Below, piece after piece: positions 24,063-36,600 of a stretch of DNA of 64,000 bases (position 1 is its first letter; the number at the start of each line of letters is the position of its first letter). Both the position numbers and the translations under genes were made by a program. The notes under the pieces were generated by a model. The model was not told where the DNA came from, made no database searches, and saw nothing but the letters and a program-made list of their open reading frames with translations. The stretch comes from Strigamia acuminata (lineage: Eukaryota): assembly GCA_949358305.1 (NCBI GenBank), contig OX442314.1, forward strand, positions 3,410,001 through 3,474,000. Direction: 5' to 3'.

Positions 24063-26887
24063 GCGAATTTTCAGAAAACAGCTGATGTTTAACTTTAATA
24101 TGAACTTTAATTTTACTTTTCCAGCCACCTTGGCAGCGGGCATCACCGTTCTCGTTTGGATCCTGTCGTTCTGTGTGCCCTACTACTCCATTTTCGAGAA
24201 ATACCGATCGCTGCGCTCTTCCCAAAAACTCTCGCTCGCCTTACTACCCAACATGGCGATCGCGTGGGCGCTGTCGATCGTCGCCGAATACGAAGCGCAA
24301 GGCGAAGGAATCCGATGGTACAATCTAAACTCTCCGACCAGAGGCGACAACATCTCGATTCTGCAGGTTTTAACGCTCATGCTATTCGACTCGTTCCTCT
24401 ATGTCGCGTTAACCTGGTACGTGGACAACGTGTTCCCGGGCGCGTACGGCATCCCGAAACCCTTCTATTTTTTATTCACGGTCAATTATTCTACCGCTAA
24501 TAATTTTATATACATTTTTAATGTTTAGTTTTAATTTTTTTTTATAGAAATCGTATTGGAAACGAGGGAAATTCGCGGAATATGGACATTACGTGAACGA
24601 GGCGATGACGGCAAATAACAAAGACAAATTCGAAGAGGAACCGGTCGGATTGTCGCCTTGCATCGCAATTCGAAATTTATCCAAAGTAATTGCTGGTAAT
24701 TAGTGTCGCCGTGTGGTAAAGGTTCATTGTACACAGGCGTATGGTTTGAAATCTGGCGCGTTGGCCGTCGACAACTTGAGCTTGAACATCTACGAAGGCC
24801 AAATCACGGCGTTGCTCGGGCACAACGGTGCGGGCAAGACCACCACAATGTCCATTTTGACCGGTAATATATCTACAAAAAAATTATTTAATTAACGTTT
24901 CTGGTGTAGTTTTTTCCGCTCTTTCGTTTGGTGTTTAGTTTTTGACGATGCGAGCTTTTGTTCTTCAGATATTTGCGTTTTTCATCAATTTTTGTCCAAA
25001 TTTGCACTGTTAAAAATATATATTTAATTTAAATGTGTACATGTTTTTTATAGATTGATTTTAAATTTTTTTTTGGGTTAATTTTTTAATTTTTGATTAT
25101 TTCAGGAATGTTTCCACCGTCGAAAGGAACCGCATTCGTCAACGGGTACGACATCCGCACCGAAGTCGACCGGGCCAGACAGGATTTGGGGCTTTGTCCT
25201 CAATTTAATATGCTTTTTGACAGACTCACTGTCGAAGAACATTTGATATTTTTTGGAAAAGTACAAAAACACACTCGAGCACTAAAGAGCGGATGTTTAT
25301 GCAGTAAAAAATATAAAAATATGCAAAATAAAAGAATTTGTACCAGTGAAATCAAGTGTTAGAGTTATAAACACTACCACTATTACTAATTTGATACAAA
25401 TAAATGCATAAATCGCCATTTTTCCGAAACATCTTAAAATCGTAAAATAAATGCGAAATACAGAATTTATTTCTGGAAAAATGACGATTTATGCATTTAT
25501 TTCGACTATTTATGCATAAAAATATTTTTTATGCATCTATGTGTTCATTAGCATAAAAAATTAAAATTATATTTTTTGTTTTAATTTTTTCAAGTTAAAA
25601 GTGAATTGTCCGAAAGAATTGGACACACAAGTCAAGGAACTTATGCACAAATTGCAAATCTCCGACAAGAAAAACACGTTTGCCATGGATCTGTTCGGTG
25701 GAATGAAGAGAAAACTAAACTTAGGCATCGCTTTAATTGGCGGACCAAAGGTAAGAAACAAAATGAAAAATGAAAAATTCAAAAATTTAAAATTTAAAAA
25801 CGATTTTTTCCTAGGTAGTAATGTTGGACGAACCGACTTCCGGAATGGACCCGGAAGCCCGCCGATCCATTTGGGATTTACTACAAGAATACAGAACGAA
25901 TCGATGCATTTTACTCAGCACTCATTTCATGGAGGAAGCCGACATTTTGGGCGACAGAATCGCCATCATGGCCAACGGACAAGTTGAATGTTGCGGCTCT
26001 CCTTTATTTCTGAAAAAACAATATGGTAAGTCGAATAAATCGATTCATTTCCCGACAAACTAGCAACTAGGGCTAGGATAAATGCATAAATGCATGGGAA
26101 TTATTTTTATTCAATAAAAAGTCAAAATTGGCTATCGATGCCTATTTTCCGAAAATCAGAAATAAATGCATAAGTCGCCAGTTTTCCAGGAAAAACCGGC
26201 GATTTGTGTCTTTTTTAACGATACATCACATGTATGTATCAATTTTTGCCTTTTTTTTAAGACACCTATCGTGTACGTATGCTTGCGTTCAGAAAACTGA
26301 GGACTTTGCCAAAAACAGACACCAGGGTCACTAAATTGGTGTCTAGAAAAACAAATAAAAAAAATATATATAAAAAAGTGAATTGTAATTACTAATTACA
26401 ATTCATTTACACCAAGAACACTTTGAAATGGCATTAAGTTGTTATTTAACACCTGATTTCACTCAAATAAATTTTTTTATTCTGCATATTTTTATTTCTA
26501 TTTTGCATAAAATGGACTTTTTGGTGCATATTTTAAGTGCATGAAACAAATTTTATTTTGCATAAATATCCAGGGCCTACTAACAACTATTTTACTTAAT
26601 TCAGGCGCGGGTTACCATTTGACAGTTTGTCTGCAAGATAATTTGCGGGCGAACGAAATCACCGACACGGTCAACACTCACATCGGCGGCGCCATTTTAG
26701 AAACGAGTCGCGAATGCGAATTGTCCTACAATTTACCTTCAGCCGACACTGGCCACTTTCCTCGTTTATTCGACAATTTAGAGACAAATTCCGACGCTCT
26801 ACGAATAAAAAGTTTTGGATTATCCGTCACAACGATGGAGGAAGTGTTTTTAAAGTAAAAATCAATAGATTACATTTTATTTTATTA

Positions 26888-27129
26888 CAGTAGAGCAACG
26901 ATTATTTTAACTAATTGGGAGACATAGAACCGATTTGTTTGCATAATCGAACATTAGGTTTATACATATACTATACAGCATATGCTAATAAGGTGTCATT
27001 AAAACGTAGTTAAAAATTGTCAACCACATTAAGAACGGATTACAAATATGATCGATAAAAAATCACTTACTGCTGTCCGGATAACCAATCGTTGGTAAAA
27101 TCAGTGTTCTGCTAATCGATGCTCTACTG
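26888..27129. mobile_element. pogo/Tigger-like MITE, 242 bp
   Basis: TA|CAGTAGAGCAACGATTA...TAATCGATGCTCTACTG|TA: TIRs with a TA target duplication. Confidence 0.75.
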
Positions 27130-30100
27130 TAAATTAAATAGCGTATGTAGGGTGATTCAGAAATAGGGGGTATAGAGGGAGACCAGGAGATCACGTTTCC
27201 ACTAATCAAAAATTCCAAAAAAAATTTTCACTCAGTCACAGCCCCAAAAACAACGGAAGATTTCAAATATCGCGCGTCATGCATATCGTTTGCCGGGTTG
27301 AAGTGCAATTCTCAAATAAAAACACACAATCGATTGTGACCGTTTGGCCACCCTAGTGGCCTACGTCACTCCACACACCGCCTGGTGGCTCCAAGCCGTC
27401 CCTCTCACGGAGGAGTGGACCGGCCTAGCAGGGGAGGTACAGGACAGAGTGGTGTGATGAGGAAGAGTCGTTGCTGACAGAGCCGAGGGTGAAGACGTGC
27501 CAGGGTGAGCTGCCACGGTCCTAACAATGGCAGAAACAACTGCCGACTCTGCTCCTCTCACCATTCACCACTGTGACGCTCAGTGGCAGATCGAGATGAC
27601 TGCTGCAGTATCATGAGTGGCTACATGGGTCGTACAGGTGAGTACGACAGAATGTTTGTCTGATGCGACCAACCACGTCACCCACGGTTAAATCTGCAGT
27701 CGGGTTATTTCCCAGAATCCGATCTGCATCTGATCTGCGGATGTGCGGATCAGGCGGATCGGATTCACAAGCTTTGTTCTTACCACGGCCCATGCGGCCA
27801 CTCTTGGAGGCTGTGGTGGATTCAACATTACACCACTGACTTGAGAATGAAGCACCACAGAGGTTGACTGCTCTCGCTGGCTTCCCACGAACAACTCCCT
27901 TCAGTCTCTTCTCTCCACTGCCTATACCACTCAACTTTTTCTTCCCCTTAAGCTAAGCATACAATGCGAACCCCTAACTTTAAGATGGCATTTTTTACCC
28001 TAAATTTTCTGGATTATACGCAAGAATACAGGGTGGAAAAAAAGTCTGATTCTCTCACAAATATTTCTGAAAATGCTGACAATGAATCTAATCTAATGAT
28101 GGCAAAGTATTAAAGTTGGGTGGGGCAATCTTTTAGTGATCCGAATTTTGACCTTAGGATGTTCCTTCAAGGTCATTGGAAAATTATCTTAGAAACCGTT
28201 ACAGATAAACAGAAATTTTCAATTGTAAACTTGTAGAGCAACAATTATTTAGTCTAAAAATGACTACTCCTCAAATCTTTTGTACTAATTTTTTTTAAGG
28301 AAATTGCAATTTTCGGCGCCTACATGGCAATGACGAAAAAATCTGCGGTAGTCGCGGACTCTGGCGGCGATTTGAAAAACCAATATAAAAGCCTTTTCCA
28401 AAAACGTAGTTTTTTAAATTTGCTTGTTATGTTTGAAGGGTTGGAGAATCCGTTGCGGCCGAAGACGAAAACGAAGACGAAAATGAAGATAACGCACTTC
28501 AATCGGCAGCCCCTACCTTAGAACTTGAAAGCGAAGTGATTAAAAACACTGGAATATCGCTCAAAGTGCAGCAATTTTACGCTTTGTTGCTCAAGCGCTT
28601 TTTCTACACGCGCCGTTGTTTGGCAATTCTCGCAATTCAGGTGCCGACATTTATATCCCCACAATTAATAAATTAATTGATCAACTTTTCTTTTCATCTC
28701 AAACAGTTGTTTCTTCCGCTCGCCACCACATTGCTGTTCGTTCTCATCAACAATTCGGCGGCGAAAGTCGACGCCGTGCACAAACCCGCTCTACTGCTGG
28801 ATTTGGCGCCGTACAAACATTGCGTCGCTTTCGTGCACCGTGGATCGAGGGTAATAAAAGACCGAGCGATGGCCGACTACTACCGCTCAAGTTTCCCCGC
28901 CGCATGCACCGTGCACAATGAAAACGACCCGGTCGCGTACATTGAGAAAACCGCCATCGACAACTTTTTGTTTTATCGGGACAAACTTCTTTTCGGTTCG
29001 AGTTTCGACGGCGACGGGAAAGAGTTTGAAGTTCAAATCTGGTATAACAACCACTTCCGCCACACTTTACCCACGGCCCTGAACGTCGTGCACAACGCGA
29101 TGCTGAAATATGGTGCTCGGAACGCTTCAATTTCACTGCTCGTGGAAAACGCGCCGTTGAAAAGCGCCGCCGAGATGGACGACTTTGTGTACCAAGCCAA
29201 CTTAATGAGGGGCTTTCTGGCCATTCTGATGGGCGTGTTCATGCCGGTGGGTCTGTGCGTGCTGACCGCGTCCTTCATCGTGTTTCCCGTCCACGAGAGA
29301 GTGACCAAATGCAAACACATTCAGCTCACCACCGGCGTCGGGGCCGTCTCCTTTTGGGTTTCGTCGTTCCTCTGGGATTTCTCCATTGCTGTGGTCTCGT
29401 GTAGTGCCGCAGTTATTATCATCGCCGTCTTTGATACATCTAACATTTTCGATCCCGAAAACATAGGTGTTTATTGTTATTATTATTTATTGTTTACACG
29501 TGCTTGGAGTAGGTGACGTAGAAAAAAAGAAAAGAAAAAGATTTACGGGGATAGTAATTTTTGAGTTATGGTAATAGCCAGTTCTCGGTGGTTGCGCAAT
29601 GGGTCCAGGTCCGTGAAGTTACTTTGGTTTGATCGCTGTTCGATATGGATGTCGGGCGATTAATAACTTCGGCTCGCTGGGGCAACAACACTATTTATTA
29701 TAATACAGAATTTTTGCTTACGTGTAGGTTGGCTAAAATAATGCAGAATACTTAGTTTCATAACTCTAAACAGCAGAAGAGAAATAGTGGCTCCTAGAGG
29801 CGTGGTATGGCTAGATTGAAAATGGGTGCGCTGGTTTGGGACGCGAAACAAAAAAGATTAGATTGACATTCAAGTTTAGTGTTTAAGAGACAAGTCTCGG
29901 TCAACGGTTAGGTAAGAAGTGATTCTGAAAGGCAGGTTAGCCCAGAAGTGACCTTAGATTATGTGATTGATGGTTGAATCAACTGTGATCAGGGGTGGGG
30001 CAAAAATAAAAAGATGATGTGAAAATAAATGTGATGCGCAAAGAACTTATTTGCGCATACATTAGAAAGGATGAGTTGGCAAAAAAAAAACAAGTAACAT

Positions 30101-33100
30101 TTGTAATGCAGGGAAGCATTACACATTAGACTTCTAAACCTCTTGCAAGAAAAAATTTATAAACAAAAACAGATGTTATAATTAAAATAAAACTTATTGA
30201 TTTATTTAATTAGCTTTGCATATCCGTCTAAAGCACAGTATACTGTGGTCTAAAGCTTGGTTCACACTTGCTGATATGCTGCGGAATTGTTGCATTCGGG
30301 GTTTGCTACAATCGGGAAATAAATCGCATGAAAAACTAGAAAATATTTCTAGTTTTTCGCGCGATTTTTTTTTGCAGCCAATCACAGCTCATTTGCAGCA
30401 AACCCCGGATGCAACGTATCCACGGCGTATCCGCAAGTGTGAACCGTCTACCATGAAAATTACGGAAATTACGTAGTCATGATGACGTCATTTCCGTAAT
30501 TTTCATGAAATACATCGCTAAAAGTGCACTAAAACCAGTTTATTAATTCAACCGGAGGTCGGAGAAATCTGAAAATACCTTAGGATACTAATATAGGTAC
30601 CGGTATGCTGAATTTAATGTCGTTGTTCGTTTGGCTGCAGCTGCTATAGTTTTTGCGGAATCGTTGACGACGGACGGACGGATGGACAGACGGACGGACA
30701 GAGCCGTTTCATGAGACTTTCTAAACATAGAGTTTAGAAGTCTAAAAAAGGTTAAATTTAAAAATAATAAAGTGGGAAGTTGTAAAATTAAAACAGGGAT
30801 GAAAACCATGCCTGTGACACAGGTAACACTAAAAATGTTTGATTTATTTATTTTATAATTCATTATTACTTATTAATTTAAAAATACTGTAGTACGTTTA
30901 TTTTGAAAATTCAAACTACAATATTTTGTAATTACAACACACGGATCGTATGTACCAAACAATTTACCCACAAGGAAAGCCACAGCCAAACACAGGCGGA
31001 ATCATTTCGTTTGCGGCGTGACAACCTGAAAATTCAGACTCAGAATATTCAGATTTTGAAAGTCTTATGTATACTTAGCTTTAGAGACATGGGGAATTTA
31101 ATTGGAACCAGGAAATCCTTGTAACCAAAACTTTTATTTTGTCTCTTTAGCCATCACATTTTTTACGTTGCTTCTATACTGCTGGGCGTCGATTCCGTTC
31201 ACGTATTTGGCCTCGTTCTTGTGCGGACTGCCTGCTGCGGGATTCACTGCCGTTACCATTGTCAATGTAACCACCGGTCAGTCAAGCTCAATTCTTAATG
31301 CGCCTTGCATACTAATCACTTAAGTTTAAAATAATTTAATTATTTAATTTCAGGAATAATATTTGGAATTTGGGTTTTTGTACGTGCAGAGTTGTCGCCA
31401 GATTGGAAATGGCTGTGTTCGCTCGTGCCAAATTTTTCGGGAACGCTGGCGTTCATGAAAATTGTCTACTTGGGTGATTCCAACAATTCCTGCAAAAACC
31501 AAGACCAAACCATTCTGCAATTTGTGTGCAAACACCGATCTCCTACGTCGTCGTCGTCGTGGGCATTGGCCAAGATATTGCGCTGTTGCCCACCAGGTAA
31601 TAAAACAGACCCAAATTTACTTGTGGGACATTCCAAACGCTTTTGATTTGATTTGATTTTAGAGTTTTGTGGCGAATTCTGTTTAGAACAAAAGCCGTAT
31701 CTGGTTTGGGATTGGCCCGGTTTGGGTCCGGACTTGTTGAGCCTGGCATTGGATGGTTTTGTTTATTTCATCATCATATTTCTTATCGAAAGTTCTTATT
31801 GGTACAAGTTGTGTCACTTTATAAATCAAACAATCATGCACTACGTGTGGAGAAACAGGATTACTTTGGAATGTGCCGCTGAAGCGCTGGACAGCGATGT
31901 TTATGCCGAAAAACAACGTGTCGATGACATCATTTCACACACAAGTTTGGTAGATTCTACTTAGAGGGCCTTTTCCAAATGTGTATAGACTAATTCAAAT
32001 ATATGTGCAAATGCCTGAAATTTGCGTTTTAAAGTTCTGAATTAGGTGTGAGGCTAGTCACGATGTGTGTATTTATTGACATTCTATAACACATACTACC
32101 GGTAGTATGTTTGAAAGCTTATTCTTAAAATTGCCATAAAGGAAGGCTTTCTAGTTGTGCCACCGGAGGCCAAGAATGTCCCAATTGGGCATAAACGCAA
32201 ACGGGGTCGCCAAGCTAAGTGCACACCGGCATTGCAAATATAAAATCGGAAATATGTGACATTTGGTGGAGAAATAAAACAAAATAGAGTGAAAGTAAAT
32301 AGTGTGGGAATAAATAATTTTGAGAGGTTATTAACTATAAATGGGGGGATCTAATAAAAATAGTGTACGAATAATTAGTGTAAAATTAAATACATTTGGT
32401 TGTTTTTCAATTATTTTGGGGGTGTCAATAATATATGGGGGTAAATTAAACGCCCCCCAAAAACACTTAGATTCCGCCCAAAAAAGGTGATTTGCTCCAC
32501 ACTTTTTCAACCCCCCAAAAAAAGCTTATTTGCCATACGAAAAGGCCCTCAAAGTAGAACTTTTTGCATAAAAAGAATAATTCATTTTCCTAAATATAAG
32601 CTGTGTTTTTTATTTGGTAGATGCAAATAGGCGTGATTATCTTCTCGTCCATGATTTGACCAAACATTTCCGTAAACTGACGGCCGTGGACGGGCTGAGC
32701 TTTGGAGTGGAAAACGGAACTTGTTTCGGTTTACTCGGAATCAACGGCGCCGGAAAGACGACCACGTTTCGGCAGCTGATCGGAGACCTCCTCATCGATT
32801 CCGGCCAGGCGACCATTCAACAGTTCAGCATTACACGCAATAGATTCCAAGTAGCTTTAAGTCCTCTAAATACAATGTTAGCTTTTGTGCTAGAATATTT
32901 TCAATTTTGCTCTCCTGAATAATAAATGAGCGATTATTGTGATTAGTTGATTATTGCAATAATCGTAATCACTCAATTATTGAGGGCCCAACAAAAATCT
33001 GATTATGTGATTATTGCTGCGAGGGGCGGAATTGTTTAATTGTAACCTAAATACATTGCAATTGTTTAAAAAAAGTTCCTAACTCGTTTCATGTGTTCAG

Positions 33101-33602
33101 TTTAACCTAAACTGAGCAGACTTTGTTATATTATGACCTTGTGTAGTTGAAGCGGGTCTGGCGCCGCCATGTTGGTTTCAGTTGAGAGAGCACTTATAAT
33201 CGGCCCAAGTCAGCAGATAATCATGGTTTGGGGTGATTACTTGATTAGTTGCTTAGTTGCTTATTTGATGAAATGATTATTCTCGGGATTGCTTGAATCC
33301 AGTCACATGACACATTGACTAATCAAAGTAATCAAAGTAATCAACTAATTGCTCATTTAATGAAACTCCTTATTATCACTTGTGTCTGATTAAGTTTGAG
33401 CTCTTGTTGTTTTTTTAGTATCTTTCCAATATTGGATATTGCCCTCAATTCGACGCGCTTCTTGATCATCTAACAGGCAAAGAACTCTTATTAGTGTTTG
33501 CCAATTTGCACGGAATTCCCAAAGCGCACATCAAACACACAGTGAATGAAACAATTATCAATTTCGATTTGACAGAACACGCAGATAAACCAACTCTTGC
33601 AT

Positions 33603-36600
33603 TGTGAAAATCCCAGTTTGTGAATGTTAAAAGTTCGCTTTTTTGATGTAAATTCAGTTGGTTCAGGTTTCGAAAATTTCTAAGTTCTTTTTCAGTGTGT
33701 GAATACAAATAAATTCTAACTGCTCAACAAGAGCAGTCCTGCTTGGGTAAAGTGAAAGTTTGTACTGGTTTATTTTCGTTGAAAAACGATGTTAAATACA
33801 TGAAATAATTAGTTCTTGGAAACAAGAACAAAACATACAAATATAAATAGTTCTCAGAAAATGAGAACAAAAAGTCAAAAAAAGGTCAAAAACTCTAAAC
33901 AATAGAAAACGTCACCACATCTGGTGTAAATTTAGACACTTCTAGAATCACAACAAAAGACTCGGGTTTTCCCTTCAAAAAATTCGCAGAAGGCAATTAA
34001 AACAGATTACAGTAAAAACCCAAAATTTCCCAACACCAATTTAATACAAAATTAAAATACACTAAAACCCTAGTTTTTACACTGGGGGGGGGTCGCTAAC
34101 ATCTGCGACAATGTCCTCGTGCGCTTCCAAAAGGCACAATCTTTGTATGGGACGCCTCAACTTCTTCCCTGTGGCGAGTCGGACCTCACAGGACCTCACT
34201 TTCCCATCCCGCCCAGGAAAAACAAGTGTTACCAATCCCATTGCCCACACTGACCTCGGTTGATTCTCGTCTTGTATCAACACGACGTCGTTAACCCTCA
34301 AATCCCTTTTGATGTTGTCGGTTCGAAATACCCTAAGCTCAATCAGGTATTCGTGGTTCCAGCGCCTCCAAATCTGTTTTAGCAAGCGCTCACGAAGTCT
34401 CCATCGCTTCAAGAGTTCAACCGCACCAGCATCCATCTGTTTGGGGTCATGTTGATGAGTTCCTGGGAGCGAAATGTGACGTCTTCCAACTAGGAAGTGA
34501 GACGGTGTCAGCGGCTCTTTTTCCTGAGCATCTGCATACACGTATGAAATTGGTCGTGAATTTATCATCGCTTCCACTTCACACAAAGTGGTGGTCAACT
34601 CTTCGAATGTCAATACACGACGCCCCAAAATTTTCTTTAGTGACACCTTAACCGTCCTCACCATCCTCTCCCAAAAACCTCCCCACCATGCTGCTCGCTC
34701 AACAATGAATTTCCATGTGATTTGGCGTTGCGAAAGAAAGTTACCAATCTTGGTCGATTTAATGGCCCCCATCAAAACTCTTAATTCAGCATCGGCCCTC
34801 TTAAACGTTTTAGCGTTGTCCGAATATATTACCTCTGGTACGCAGCGACGAGCAAAAAATCTTTTTAATGCCATTACAAAATCATCTGTACTCATAGAAG
34901 ATACTAACTCTAAATGAATGGCTCTTGTCACTGCGCACGTGATGAGAGCAATGTAACACTTATTTCCCGCGCGTTGGTAAAGAGGGCCGGCGAAATCAAT
35001 TCCTACTATTTGAAAGGGATCAGCTCTTCTGACTCGATCAACTGGCAATGGCGCTTCTATTTGTCGCATCAAACGACCTTGGACTTTTCTGCAAATAAAA
35101 CAATTATGAATTATCTTCTTTATACACGATCTCGCTCTTGGAATCCAAAATCGCGTCCGTATTTCTGCGAGAGTGTCGCCGAGACCGCCGTGAAAAACTC
35201 GTTGATGCGCGTCTAATATCAAAAGTTCAGTAATTCGCTGTCCTCCTGGCAACACCCATGGTCCCTTAGCTTCTCTTCGAACCTCGCCCCACTCGAGTCT
35301 GGTTCGCACATGTAGAAGGTGGTGGTCGTCGAATGCGCAGTCGATTTGGCTCAACACGGAATCTGTCTCGACTCGTCGTCCCGCCTCAATTGATTTAATT
35401 TCACTCGAAAAATAAAGTTGCTGCACTGCACCAATCCAATAATGCTCGGCGCGGCGTAATTCGTCTAACGACAATGGTGATCCGTTCCTTTCCTTTCGTT
35501 TCAAATTGTCCGCAAATCGTTGTACCCACCCCGTTCTGTGCAACAAGCTCGTCCACGAACTGCATGTATTTAAATTGATTAAAAGTTCTTTCAAAGGTGG
35601 CTCGTCATCGATCACGACATTGACTTGTTCGTCGGCTTCTTCGTCGAATTCGGGTTCAATGTCCACCTGTGGCCAAGTGTTCTCGTTCTGTGACAACCAT
35701 TTTGGCCCTTTCCACCAAATTTGGTCGTCCAACAGCTGTTGTGCGTCTATCCCTCTGGTCAGCAGGTCGGCTGGATTCTCTTTGCCGGGGACGTGGCGCC
35801 ATTCCGCGTGTGGCGCGTTGAGTTGAATCTCCTCGACTCGTCGGGACACGAAAGGAATCGTCTTGCTGTTCCCCCGCTTCAGCCACGCCAACACTATGGT
35901 CGAATCCGTCCAACATATTGTCCTTGACGCCGGCAACTCGTTTAATTTAGCAATTAACCTCGATGACAGGAGTGCCCCCATCAATTCCAGTCGAGGCAAC
36001 GTAATCGTTTTTACCGGAGCGATTCTAGATTTGGAGAGAATGAAACAAATTTTATTATTATTAGCATTGCCCACTCTGGCATAAATCACCACGCCATAAG
36101 CGAGCGGGCTGGCGTCGCAAAACACATGAATCTGAGCGTTCGAAAAGTCACTGCTGAAACCCATCCAACGTGGCACCTTAATCTTTGCAAGCAGTGGAAC
36201 TTGATTTCTCCAACTTTGCCATCTCTCAGCTTCTTCTTCAGGCAATTTTTTATCCCACTCTAATTTCAATCGCCAAAGTCCTTGAAAAATTAGTTTTCCC
36301 GTTACACTGAATGGACTGACGAATCCGACTGGATCGAAAATGCTGGCCACCACTTGAATTACATGCCTTTTTGTGATTTGTTTTTCTTCTAATTTTTCCA
36401 AAAGTTCATTCATTTCGAGTGACAATACGTCCAAATTTATATCCCAAATTAGACCCAAAACCTTCGTTATTGTTTTGTCGTTTGTCGCCGACGGTGTCAT
36501 TCTTTCTCGCACCTGACTCGAGTTTGTCATCCACTTCGTGAGTTCCATGTTGGCCCCTTTTAATATCTCCGCGACCTCGTAACACGTTTTCGTCAGTATC

